From IMG/VR virus record IMGVR_UViG_3300037590_000079, positions 32,001 to 96,000 of that record: a stretch of 64,000 bases of DNA. One strand, 5' to 3'. How positions within the stretch are numbered: position 1 is the stretch's first letter; each line of letters opens with the position of its first letter. This document shows positions 36,603 through 45,891 of this stretch, one piece after another. Made by a program: the position numbers and the translations under genes. The notes beneath the pieces were generated by a model. That model ran no database searches. It was not told where the DNA came from and saw nothing but the letters and a program-made list of their open reading frames with translations. Source of the stretch: a virus. Its lineage: Duplodnaviria > Caudoviricetes.

Positions 36603-39056
36603 ATGAAGGTCTCGCAAATTCAGGATTACGACACGCACGCAATCGTCGGCGGCGGGCTCGCGCAGTCCTTTCGCATGGCCGAGACGGCGGAGTTTTTCAC
36701 TGTTCTGTCCGACACGCTCTACACCAACAAGAAGCGCGCCATGATCCGCGAGATCGTGTGCAATGCCTGGGACGCCCATCTCATGCTCGGCAAGGCGGAT
36801 GTTCCCATCGAGATCGAGGTCGGCGAGGCCGAGGTTGTCGTGCGCGATTACGGCCCTGGGATTCCGCACGACAAGATCGTGGATGTCTACTGCGTCTACG
36901 GCGCATCGACCAAGGTTCATGACGACGAGCAGACCGGCGGTTTCGGGCTCGGCTCGAAGGCGCCTTTCGCCTACAGCGATCACTTCACCGTCGAAAACTG
37001 CCACGCCGGCCTGCGCACCGTTTACGCGATCTCGCGCGGAAGCTCGGAGACGGAAGGTCGGCCCGATATTCGCGAGATGGTCTCGGTTCCCACGGACAAG
37101 ACCGGCGTGACCGTGACCGTTCCGGTGCAGAAAAAGTCGGATGCGTGGGAGTTCACCCGGATCACGAAGAACGTGATCCGGCAGGGCGGAATGCGCGCCT
37201 TGATCAACTCGGAAGAATTCGTGGGGCTGGACTACAAGAGCGTGCGCGAAAAGGGATTCGGCTATATGACCGAACAGACCGCATACGAGATCGGCCTGAC
37301 GGAGGCGAATGTCTACTGTCTTTACGGCACGGTGCTTTACCCGGTCTCGGCCTCCGACGACCGGATCAACGAACTGATCTCGGATATCGATATGGAGATC
37401 AATCCTGACACGCGTTATAGGGGTCACTCTGTCAAGGCCGTGACGATCTTGTCGGCGCGGCCTCACAGTGTCGGTGTCACTCCTTCGCGCGAAGCGCTCT
37501 CCTACACGGACAGAACCGTTAATACGCTGAAAAGGCTTCTGAAAAAGGCTATCTTCGAGATCAGGGCCGCAAAGAGAATGGCGGAAGACGCCGTTCGGGA
37601 AAAGTATCTTTCGGGCGAGGATTTCAGCAAAAAGCCGTGGCGTCTCAATCCTGATCGGGGAAATCATGGTCTGAAAGAGGTCATTCGCGAGTGCAGAAAG
37701 GATCACGGGCTTTGGTTCACCGAAACCGATGCCATGAACCGGTCGCCCGAAATCCTGACGGATCAGATGGATATCGGAACGAGCGTTATGCTCAGGAAGG
37801 ACGGCTTCTCGATCCTGTCCCTCAATGATCGCAGCCTTTTCTTCAAGCAGATTTCCAGGTTTGCGCCGCATCGCAAGCGGGCAGCCAGGATCTTCATGGC
37901 GAAGCGCTCTCGTCCCTTCTTCCGTTCGGACCCCTGGCGGCAGGCCCTGCTGCGCGAGGAAAAGCGGAAGATGGCTCGTATCACCCGTGATCTTGTCGAT
38001 TTGCAGAAGGTCGCAATTCTTCGGCATGAACGCGGGCACGAAGCCGCGAAAAGCGTGCTTATCAAGCGCGCGAGCGACGAGCCGGTCAGTCCCGTGATCG
38101 TGATCTCCGAAAAGAGATTTCAGGCGGAGGAGTTCATCAAGCAAAGGGACGAACTCGGTCAGGATACCGTTCTCGGCTCTCCTGATTACTCCCGTGAAAT
38201 CTGGTTTTTCAGCGTTCTGATGAACCCGGATGACCAGGCTGCTATGAAAAAGATCCGCGAGCGCGCGGAGAAATTCGGCTATAGCGTTCATGTTGTGGAA
38301 AAGGTGAAAAACAGTCGGCCCTCCAAACCGAAGCGGACCGAAAAAGCCTATCCCACCTTCCTTCACCTGAATGACTATTGCAGTAATCGGAATCTTCCGA
38401 AAGCGGAACTTAGCGAAAAGGATGTGACGCACTACATTTACGAGCCGCTCGGTATGCAGGCCGTTTCGACCTGGGGAGACATTTCCCTTTTCAAGGACCA
38501 TCTGAGAAAAGCATACGGCACGAATATCGCCCTTGTCACCAGGGAGAGCGACAGGAAAAGGATCGAAAAGACGGTCGCGGTCGATCTCGTCGCCGTTCTG
38601 CGCGATCAATTTCTCGGAGCCATGAAGCACAAGGACTTCGCGCTTGCCTGGGCCATCATGACGGAATACGCGTTCGATGAATGCGATTCGAGGTTCTCCA
38701 ATCATTCGAGTTCGGTTCAGGGGTATATAACACTCAAGATCGCCAATAAAGAACCCGCTTATATCCCCGATATCTTCAAGCGGCATGTCGTGAACAGGAA
38801 CAGGCTTCTGGAGTATCTGCGTCTTGCGCGTCTTTTCGAGGAAACTCCGAGATCGCTGAAAAACTCCATGAAAATCGAGCCGAATATGGCCGAGTTCCGG
38901 GATAAAAGGAGTTCGGTTATCGAGAAAATCGGCAAGGACGAGAGGATGAAAAAGATCAGCCTCTACCTCTCGCTCTGCAAGTCCTCATACCACATGAGCG
39001 AAAACCACATCCGCGCAATCGCGAAGATCGCGGTCAACATCGACAAGGTCTTGTAA
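36603..39056 (+). CDS. rIIA: RIIA-like protein (N-terminal GHKL ATPase)
   Basis: LSD.LY..K..A.IREI.CNA.DAH, RDYGPGI, STK, GGFGLGSK.PFAY; followed by rIIB. Confidence 0.85.
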   Translation: MKVSQIQDYDTHAIVGGGLAQSFRMAETAEFFTVLSDTLYTNKKRAMIREIVCNAWDAHLMLGKADVPIEIEVGEAEVVVRDYGPGIPHDKIVDVYCVYGASTKVHDDEQTGGFGLGSKAPFAYSDHFTVENCHAGLRTVYAISRGSSETEGRPDIREMVSVPTDKTGVTVTVPVQKKSDAWEFTRITKNVIRQGGMRALINSEEFVGLDYKSVREKGFGYMTEQTAYEIGLTEANVYCLYGTVLYPVSASDDRINELISDIDMEINPDTRYRGHSVKAVTILSARPHSVGVTPSREALSYTDRTVNTLKRLLKKAIFEIRAAKRMAEDAVREKYLSGEDFSKKPWRLNPDRGNHGLKEVIRECRKDHGLWFTETDAMNRSPEILTDQMDIGTSVMLRKDGFSILSLNDRSLFFKQISRFAPHRKRAARIFMAKRSRPFFRSDPWRQALLREEKRKMARITRDLVDLQKVAILRHERGHEAAKSVLIKRASDEPVSPVIVISEKRFQAEEFIKQRDELGQDTVLGSPDYSREIWFFSVLMNPDDQAAMKKIRERAEKFGYSVHVVEKVKNSRPSKPKRTEKAYPTFLHLNDYCSNRNLPKAELSEKDVTHYIYEPLGMQAVSTWGDISLFKDHLRKAYGTNIALVTRESDRKRIEKTVAVDLVAVLRDQFLGAMKHKDFALAWAIMTEYAFDECDSRFSNHSSSVQGYITLKIANKEPAYIPDIFKRHVVNRNRLLEYLRLARLFEETPRSLKNSMKIEPNMAEFRDKRSSVIEKIGKDERMKKISLYLSLCKSSYHMSENHIRAIAKIAVNIDKVL

Positions 39057-39068
39057 GGAGGAAGTGAA

Positions 39069-40409
39069 ATGAAAAAGGTGAAGGTGAAATCGGCAATCGC
39101 TGGCAGGGCTGGCGTGACGCTCTATCTCGAAAACGGAGATCAGATGAACCTGCCCGCCAATTCCTGGCGGACGGCGGAGATCATGAACAAGGTCTCCGCG
39201 CCCCTGGCGCGGGGTGAAATCGTCTCCATCGATATCGAGTCCTATTCGGCGCACAAGATCGTCGAGGAGCAGTCCGGCGGGCTGATCCGCTTCGTCAAGC
39301 GCAAGCTGCGCTCCATTCTCGGCAGTAGCGCGAACGAAACGGCCGAGGAGAAGGTCATGGCCTACGTCAACGGCCGGGAGCTGCATGGCATCGAGAACAT
39401 CGAGCGCCATATCGAGGCCGCTGTGCGCAGCGGCAATACCGAGAACGTGCGGAACTTCATCGCGCGGATGAGCAAGGTCGCGGAAAAGCGCGGCCACAGC
39501 GTCCAGGATGCGCTCGAATTCATGCGCCACGCGGATCTGCCGATCGCCCAGGACGGCTCGATCATCGCCTACAAGATGCTCCGGAAGAGATACTCCGACG
39601 GAAAATCTTTCTTCGTGGACTGCCACACCGGCCGGGTTGCTCAGCGTGTCGGCTCGAAGGTGCAGATGGCGGACAACATGGTCGATCCCGACCGCAGGAA
39701 AGAGTGCTCGAACGGGCTGCATATCGCGCGGCGCAGCTATCTGAGAGGATTCGGCGGTGACGCGATTGTGCTGGTTAAGATCGAGCCGGAAGATGTGATC
39801 GCTGTGCCCGAATACGACAACAGCAAGATGCGCGTCTGCGCCTATCACATCATCGCCGACGTGACCGATCTGGCCTTCTCCACGCTCAAGAGCAACAAGC
39901 CCATGACCGAAGAGCCGAGCCTTGCGAAACTGCTTGGTGAAGTGCTGGCGGGCAAGCACGCGCCGGTGAGCGAATTCGTCACGATCCGGGGGCAGAACGG
40001 AACCGATATCGAGGTCACGAGCGCCAATCCTGAATCCCGGAGCGCGCAGAAGGACGTGAAAGCGAAACCCGTCTATGCGCTCGACGACGAGCAGAACAAT
40101 GGGCCGTCCTACGATATCAAGGAGCTGCGCGAAAAAACGGAGAAGGAGCGCGCGAAGGCGAAGGCCGAGAGCGAGAAGAAGCCCGATCCGGCCGATCCCG
40201 AGCCCGAGAAGAAGGCTCCGGAGAAGCGCGCAAAGGCGAAGGACGAGAGCGAGAAGAAGGCTACGAAGGAGCAGCCTCGCAAGAAGGTGCCCAAGAACAT
40301 GCGCGATGCCATCGATTTCGTGCGGAGCGGCGGGTCGAAGCGCGAGGCCGAGAAGCGCTTCAAGGTGTGTCGCAAGACGCTCACGCGGCGCATGAACGAA
40401 GGCTATTGA
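39069..40409 (+). CDS. rIIB: RIIB-like protein
   Basis: DLPI..DG.I.AYK, D.HTG, VDPD....CS.GLH, VKI.P.DV.AVP, KMRVC.Y. Confidence 0.85.
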   Translation: MKKVKVKSAIAGRAGVTLYLENGDQMNLPANSWRTAEIMNKVSAPLARGEIVSIDIESYSAHKIVEEQSGGLIRFVKRKLRSILGSSANETAEEKVMAYVNGRELHGIENIERHIEAAVRSGNTENVRNFIARMSKVAEKRGHSVQDALEFMRHADLPIAQDGSIIAYKMLRKRYSDGKSFFVDCHTGRVAQRVGSKVQMADNMVDPDRRKECSNGLHIARRSYLRGFGGDAIVLVKIEPEDVIAVPEYDNSKMRVCAYHIIADVTDLAFSTLKSNKPMTEEPSLAKLLGEVLAGKHAPVSEFVTIRGQNGTDIEVTSANPESRSAQKDVKAKPVYALDDEQNNGPSYDIKELREKTEKERAKAKAESEKKPDPADPEPEKKAPEKRAKAKDESEKKATKEQPRKKVPKNMRDAIDFVRSGGSKREAEKRFKVCRKTLTRRMNEGY

Positions 40410-40485
40410 TCTGCGCGGTGAAGTAAGTAACCATTGACTGTGCCCGGTAGCATGCCGGGCACAGTCGCATCGCGAAAGGATCGAT

Positions 40486-41022
40486 ATGGGAAAGTTCCCG
40501 AAGGACAAGTGGATCGTGAGCGCGCTCAAGCGCGGCTACCTGGTCGCTCGCAAGGACGGATCGATCTATCGCGCCAAGTCGGCAACGAAAGAAGGCGTGG
40601 TCAACAAGGAGAAGGGCTACCAGCTCGTCAAGTATCGCACCCATCCACCGACCGGCCGGGTCTATTTCAACATGACCTGGCGCGGCTTCAAGAAGTCCGT
40701 TCTGGTCAACAGGGTGATCGCGCTGCGCTTTCTGCCCAACCCGGAAAACCTGCCGCAGGTCAATCACAAGAACGGTGACAAGGCCAATAACGCGCTCGAC
40801 AACCTCGAATGGTCGTCCGGGTCCGACAACGAGAAGCACGCGCACCGCACAGGGCTCAAGAGCGGCCGCGGGAGCGCCAACAGCAACGCCAAGCTGACTG
40901 TCACCGACGTTTACGCGATACGCGCCTCAGACGAGCCTGTGAGCGCTCTGGCGGCCCGCTACGGTGTCAGTCGCTCGACCATTATCAACGTCAGAACAGG
41001 AAAGACCTGGAGCCATGTATAG
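40486..41022 (+). CDS. HNH endonuclease
   Basis: VNHKNGDKANN..DNLEW; G..N..AKLT and HTH tail. Confidence 0.88.
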   Translation: MGKFPKDKWIVSALKRGYLVARKDGSIYRAKSATKEGVVNKEKGYQLVKYRTHPPTGRVYFNMTWRGFKKSVLVNRVIALRFLPNPENLPQVNHKNGDKANNALDNLEWSSGSDNEKHAHRTGLKSGRGSANSNAKLTVTDVYAIRASDEPVSALAARYGVSRSTIINVRTGKTWSHV

Positions 41023-41185
41023 AGCCATTCTGAAACTCTTGTTCAATTCCCGCCTGAGCCTTTTCGACATGACGATTCTGCTCGTCCTTCCCCATGTCGT
41101 GATGGCTTATGACAACTACTGGCTTTTCGCACTCTACATTCCCGCGGCGATATTCTCGGCTTATGTCGCGAACAAGATCCCGTGA
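41015..41185 (+). CDS. Small membrane protein
   Basis: Two hydrophobic segments. Confidence 0.5.
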   Translation: MYRAILKLLFNSRLSLFDMTILLVLPHVVMAYDNYWLFALYIPAAIFSAYVANKIP

Positions 41186-41202
41186 CGGCCCCGTTCGCTG
41201 CG

Positions 41203-41226
41203 CGCTATAAGTAAGTCAGCACATAC
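41203..41226 (+). promoter_or_regulatory. -10 + operator
   Basis: CGCTATAA-GTAAGTCAGCACATAC. Confidence 0.7.
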
Positions 41227-41236
41227 GGAGGCAGAC

Positions 41237-41803
41237 ATGAACGGCATGATCATCGCCGGGTTCGATCTCGAAACGACAGGGCTGCTCTCGCCCGATCACC
41301 GCATCGTGGAGATCTACCTCGATCTCTGGCGCGACGGAAAGCGGATCTGGAAGTTCGAGCAACGGATCAATCCGCAGAGGGCGATTGCCGCGGATGCGCA
41401 GCGCGTTCACGGGATCACCAACGCCGACCTGATCGGCAAGCCGACCTTCGAGCAGGTGGCACCCGTTATCTCGAAAGCGCTGCGCAAGGCGCATGTCGTG
41501 GTCGCGCATAACGGCGAGGAATTCGACTGGCCGTTCCTTGAGCAGGAGATGAAGCGCGCCGCGATCGCCCTGCCGCGCGTCCCGCTTTTCGACACCATGA
41601 AACGCGGCATCTGGGCGACCCCGCACGGCAAGAACCCGAGCCTCATGGAGCTGTGTTTCGCCTGCGGCGTGGAATACGACCCGGCCAAGGCGCACGCCGC
41701 GAGTTATGACGTCGAGGTCATGATCGAATGCCTGCGCAAGGGCATCGAGTGGAATTTCTTCGATCTCACCGATTGCACGGAAGGGAATAACGTCGCCGCG
41801 TGA
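41237..41803 (+). CDS. DEDDh 3'-5' exonuclease (DnaQ/epsilon-like)
   Basis: FDLETTG, VHGI, AHN..FD, AH.A.YD. Confidence 0.92.
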   Translation: MNGMIIAGFDLETTGLLSPDHRIVEIYLDLWRDGKRIWKFEQRINPQRAIAADAQRVHGITNADLIGKPTFEQVAPVISKALRKAHVVVAHNGEEFDWPFLEQEMKRAAIALPRVPLFDTMKRGIWATPHGKNPSLMELCFACGVEYDPAKAHAASYDVEVMIECLRKGIEWNFFDLTDCTEGNNVAA

Positions 41804-41903
41804 CGTGCCGCGACAACCCAGCCGATTTCCTTAAATCTTTGATGTATAAAGAAAATACAAGACAAAGCGACAAGGCAGATAAATAGCAGAAGGAGTAATC
41901 GCT

Positions 41904-42719
41904 ATGCCCGAACACACCCAGGAAGCGCAAGATCAGGATATCGACACCGCGCTCGCCGATCTCGACAGCATGGGCGACGTCCGTGACGACGAGATCGAGG
42001 AGATCGACGCCGCCGCGATCGAGGAGATCGAAGAGGTCGAGGAGGAGCAGAACGACTCCGAAGAAACCCAGGAGGCCGGTGCCGACGACGATGCCGACGA
42101 CGATGCCGACGAGACCCAGGAGGCCGGCACGGACGACACGGTCAGCGACGAGGATCTTGCCGATCTGGAGATGCAGATCGACAAGGAGGAGGCTTACGCG
42201 AGCCAGACCAGCGCCGACATCGACACCGAGCCCCAGGGCACGGTCGCGAAGAAGCCGAAGAAGGCAGCCGGTGGCGGCGGCACGCGCGCGTCGGTCGATA
42301 TCGACTCCCTCGACGCCAAGCACTTCGTCCTCAAGGGCGATCCGGCCTCGATGGACCAGACGCAGATCGACCAGGCGAAGGCCGACGTGCTCAAGTCGAA
42401 GCCCGCGCAGAAGAAGGTCGCGGAGAAATTCGTCAACACGTTCCAGTCGATGGCCGCAGGCAAGGCGCCCTCGAAATATGTCGTGCAGGCGATGGAGCAC
42501 CTGGACGCGGCCGGTGGCACGACCGACACGGCGGCGCTTGTCGCGGCCTTCAAGGCGTCCGGCCTCGGTGATGGCACCGCGCGCTCGCAGACCGGCCAGA
42601 TCATGGTGCTCTTCCCGGTGCTCGGCATCGCGAAGCGCTCGGGCAAGACCCTGACCGCCTGCGACGACAGCAACGTCGCCGCCTACGTGCGCACCTTCTT
42701 CAAGACGCCGGCCAGCTGA
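41904..42719 (+). CDS. Protein with highly acidic N-terminus and putative winged-helix C-terminus
   Basis: About 110 aa D/E-rich region; GTARSQ..Q...LF..LGI. Confidence 0.8.
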   Translation: MPEHTQEAQDQDIDTALADLDSMGDVRDDEIEEIDAAAIEEIEEVEEEQNDSEETQEAGADDDADDDADETQEAGTDDTVSDEDLADLEMQIDKEEAYASQTSADIDTEPQGTVAKKPKKAAGGGGTRASVDIDSLDAKHFVLKGDPASMDQTQIDQAKADVLKSKPAQKKVAEKFVNTFQSMAAGKAPSKYVVQAMEHLDAAGGTTDTAALVAAFKASGLGDGTARSQTGQIMVLFPVLGIAKRSGKTLTACDDSNVAAYVRTFFKTPAS

Positions 42720-43050
42720 ACGAGGATCGTCGGCGCGTCCCTGCCTCGACGCGCCGACGGAACTGCGCGCTGCCGGTCTTTCAAGTTCCGCCGGCAGCGC
42801 GCCTTTTGAAAGGCTTCGAAGATGATGATCCTGTTTCTGATCATGGTGCTGGGCGTGCCGCCGCCTGTCCCGATGATCATCCGGAATCCCCGGCCCGGCG
42901 CAAGATACAAGGTGCCTTGGCGGGGTTATGCCGACACGACACAGATGCGCGCCGACGCGATCCGTCGAGTTGAGGTCTTGATATGGATCGAGCGCAAAAC
43001 GTGAAAGGGCCAGGTGTGTCGGCGCCTGGCCCGTATTTCAGGACACAAGC

Positions 43051-43431
43051 ATGGAAAATCGCGAACATCGTATCGAGAACCTGACGAAAATCGGCAGCGT
43101 GGCTTTCGACCTGGGCGCACCGCTCGAAAAGGCGGAGCAGATCCATCAGGCCATCGCCTATGTCGAGAACAAGGAGGGCCTGACGCCTTGGCAGCTGCGT
43201 GTGCTGGACGAGGCACGCGCCGATCTCAACGAGGCTCTGGCCGAGACCGGCATCCAGCTGGGCGAGCGCGAGCTGGCCGCTGTGCTGGCGGGCCTGCGGC
43301 TTGTCCAGGCGGAAATGGGGCGCGGAGAGTTCCTGCCCCAGGGCGTGCATTCCATCTTCGACGACGACGGCACGATCACCCCGCTCGACACGGACGAGAT
43401 CGACGCCCTCTGCGAGCGCATCAACGGCTGA
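43051..43431 (+). CDS. Hypothetical protein
   Basis: Codon usage, RBS. Confidence 0.7.
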   Translation: MENREHRIENLTKIGSVAFDLGAPLEKAEQIHQAIAYVENKEGLTPWQLRVLDEARADLNEALAETGIQLGERELAAVLAGLRLVQAEMGRGEFLPQGVHSIFDDDGTITPLDTDEIDALCERING

Positions 43432-43443
43432 AAGGAGATCGTC

Positions 43444-43803
43444 ATGCCGGTATACGAGGTCGAGGTCGCGCGCACCGACCATTTCAGTGTCACCGTCGAG
43501 GCGGATGACGAGTCCCAGGCGCGCGACATGGCGTGCGAGACGCTCGCCCATATGGAAGATCCGGTGAATTCCGATCTTTTCTCGCACTGCGACGGGTTCG
43601 AAAGCTGCGGCTGCGAGCTGGTGAACGAAATGACGCTGGATGACGCCAAGGATGCCTGGCGGGCCGGGAAGTCGAAGCGGACGGCGGCCGCCTACATGAC
43701 GGCGCTCATGGAATACGAGAACGAGGGCATGATCGGCGACGAGACCTTTCGCAACGGGCTCGCCGAGATCATGAACTGGATGGAGAAGGAAACGTCCGGA
43801 TGA
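43444..43803 (+). CDS. Hypothetical protein
   Basis: AAGGAG RBS. Confidence 0.7.
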   Translation: MPVYEVEVARTDHFSVTVEADDESQARDMACETLAHMEDPVNSDLFSHCDGFESCGCELVNEMTLDDAKDAWRAGKSKRTAAAYMTALMEYENEGMIGDETFRNGLAEIMNWMEKETSG

Positions 43804-44096
43804 CAAGAACGCGCGAGGAGAACGCCGCCGATCTGGCGGCCGAGGAGCAGGCGGAGAACGAGCTTGTTACGCGGGCGGCGCCCTACTGGGCGTGGCAGAT
43901 CATCGACGACCTGCTGATGCGCGCAGAGACCGATCTGGATCACGAGGGTGATCTGATCGTGCCCGGCTCGGAAGGACCGGATGACGAAGTCTTGGCTCTG
44001 CGTGCCGCCAATATCGCGATGATCCGCGCCACCGAGACCGAGGATCAGCCGATCTCGCGCCGCGAAATCGACGCCCTGCTGCGCCAGTCCGGTTGA
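43800..44096 (+). CDS. Hypothetical protein
   Basis: ATGA coupling. Confidence 0.7.
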   Translation: MTRTREENAADLAAEEQAENELVTRAAPYWAWQIIDDLLMRAETDLDHEGDLIVPGSEGPDDEVLALRAANIAMIRATETEDQPISRREIDALLRQSG

Positions 44097-44193
44097 TCAC
44101 CACGACCATCAGAATGCTATACGTTGCACAATACATCCTTTTTGCGACATGCTAACGTGTAGCAGATGCAGAGAAAGACAGAAGGAGACACTA

Positions 44194-44454
44194 TTGGAAC
44201 TGCTCTATATCGGATCGATCGTTACCATTCTCGGAATGCAGGGGCCTGACGGCCTGCCGACCGTGACGGTCGATCATGTCCACATCGGCACGGAGGAATT
44301 CTGCTACGAGTGGCGCGATGCCTTCTACAGCGACGTGCCGCGATCGGTCGATCCCGTCACGGGTTCTTCCATCATCGCGACCTTCTTCGAATGCACGCCC
44401 TACCCGCCGGACAAGCTGATCGAGGCCGTCGAGGAGTTTCGCTCCAAGAGCTAA
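44194..44454 (+). CDS. Hypothetical (possibly secreted/membrane) protein, TTG start
   Basis: AAGGAG RBS before TTG; TGCTAT element upstream. Confidence 0.55.
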   Translation: MELLYIGSIVTILGMQGPDGLPTVTVDHVHIGTEEFCYEWRDAFYSDVPRSVDPVTGSSIIATFFECTPYPPDKLIEAVEEFRSKS

Positions 44455-44636
44455 TCATCCACTCCGGCGATGTCGATGTAAGACCTCTGAGCGAGCATCC
44501 TGATCGAGGGACAGGCTTTCGAGACCTGCTCGCTGGCTTCTTCGTGACCGTTTGCGACAAGGTGACTGGCGATCGCTTTTGCGATCTCTGCGGAGAGATC
44601 GTCAATCTTATCGAGAACCTCGAACCTGTGTGACAT
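44451..44636 (-). CDS. Small hypothetical protein on the minus strand
   Basis: GAGGG RBS and an operator copy (44647-44662) directly upstream. Confidence 0.5.
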   Translation of the reverse strand: MSHRFEVLDKIDDLSAEIAKAIASHLVANGHEEASEQVSKACPSIRMLAQRSYIDIAGVDD

Positions 44637-44813
44637 GACACCCTCGTTCAGTCATTAATGACATTAGAAACAGTGGTTATCGAGTCGGAAACAATAGGTC
44701 AACACCCCTAACACCAAAAGGAAAATCGTGATTTTCCTTTTGCGCGCAGAAAGCATCCTTTGCGCTTTCGCTATATAGAAAGCGTGAAACATGACAGACA
44801 AGGAAGGCCCACA

Positions 44814-45137
44814 ATGTCGAAAGTGAACATGATGAACCTGCCCTCGAAAGAGGAGAGCAACCCCATCGAGGAAGGTGACGGGGTGATCATCATTAAGCCG
44901 AACGGCGACATCAAGACCATGTCCTACGGCGTGGACAAGGATCTGGTGAAGGCCGTCAGCCGCAAGGATCCGGACAAGATGAACGAGCAGGAGCAGGCCA
45001 TCTTCCTCCAGGGATACATGATGTTCCTTCTCACGATGGCGGCAAGCAGCAATGAAATCATGAAGATGCTCGCGGATATCGCCGACCAGGCCGAGTTGTC
45101 CGGTGACACGGATAAATTCGTGAACCAGATGCACTGA
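44814..45137 (+). CDS. Hypothetical protein
   Basis: RBS, GCTATA promoter. Confidence 0.7.
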   Translation: MSKVNMMNLPSKEESNPIEEGDGVIIIKPNGDIKTMSYGVDKDLVKAVSRKDPDKMNEQEQAIFLQGYMMFLLTMAASSNEIMKMLADIADQAELSGDTDKFVNQMH

Positions 45138-45144
45138 GGCCGAT

Positions 45145-45384
45145 ATGGCGAACGGTTACAGCAAAAAGAGGGTGGCCTTCGCGGCGGAGGTCTTTCTTTC
45201 GGAGATGCGGCACAGGGCTGCGCGCACGGGGGCACATGTTTCGATCGGGCGGCTGAAGGATTATCCGCCCGATCAGAGATCCGCCGTGATCGCCAGTGTC
45301 GAGCGCGCCCTCAACTCGCTCGACACCAGTCACGACGAAGCCTTCGGAAAGTGGGCGGAAAAGCAGCCGGGCGATCTGTCCTGA
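45145..45384 (+). CDS. Hypothetical protein
   Basis: GAGG RBS. Confidence 0.6.
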   Translation: MANGYSKKRVAFAAEVFLSEMRHRAARTGAHVSIGRLKDYPPDQRSAVIASVERALNSLDTSHDEAFGKWAEKQPGDLS

Positions 45385-45388
45385 TTTG

Positions 45389-45413
45389 CGCTATATAGTA
45401 AGTAAGCCCTGAC
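45389..45413 (+). promoter_or_regulatory. -10 + operator
   Basis: CGCTATATA-GTAAGTAAGCCCTGAC. Confidence 0.7.
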
Positions 45414-45431
45414 GAACGAGAGGAGAGGAAA

Positions 45432-45671
45432 ATGTCGGCAAGGATGATGAAACTGATCGAGAGCGATCTCGCCCGCGAAGGGAAGAGGCTGAGCGACACC
45501 AAGGTCTGCATGATCCTGACGGAAGGATCCGAGTTGAGGTGCAGGATCGAGAGTATCGATATCGCCAATGGCTCGATGAAGGTGACGCACGAGCAAAGCC
45601 GGACACGGGGCTATGTGATGATGGCGCACGTCATAGCCGTCCAGATCGCGCCCGAGGATGATCATGGGTAA
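45432..45671 (+). CDS. Hypothetical protein
   Basis: Promoter/operator and strong RBS. Confidence 0.65.
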   Translation: MSARMMKLIESDLAREGKRLSDTKVCMILTEGSELRCRIESIDIANGSMKVTHEQSRTRGYVMMAHVIAVQIAPEDDHG

Positions 45672-45891
45672 GAGGCGAATAACCAAGGCAATGCGTGAAT
45701 TCATCAAGCAGCTGAGCGGCATCACCGACGAGTTCGAACTGGACGAAAGCCGAAGGCATCCGAGGATCACATTCTGCGGAAACAGAGGCCAATCCGTCGT
45801 AACCCTTTCGAAAACCCCATCGGACAGACATGCGGTGAAAAACGCGCTCGCGCAGTGCCGAAGAGCCGCGGAGAAAGCGGGCGTGATATGA
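45664..45891 (+). CDS. HicA-like small protein
   Basis: RRHP.I ... V.LSKTPSD.HA.KN....RR. Confidence 0.5.
   Translation: MGKRRITKAMREFIKQLSGITDEFELDESRRHPRITFCGNRGQSVVTLSKTPSDRHAVKNALAQCRRAAEKAGVI

Noticed and set aside
1882-38786. Long minus-strand ORFs (e.g. 1882..3834, 7572..9950, 12570..14021, 28896..31346, 36564..38786)
   Set aside because: Antisense shadows of well-supported + strand genes in GC-rich DNA; no motifs or RBS.
40140-40262. Internal repeats in the rIIB tail (RAKAK.ESEKK twice) and in acidic linkers (8523-8580, 42060-42130)
   Set aside because: Ordinary low-complexity linker duplications.
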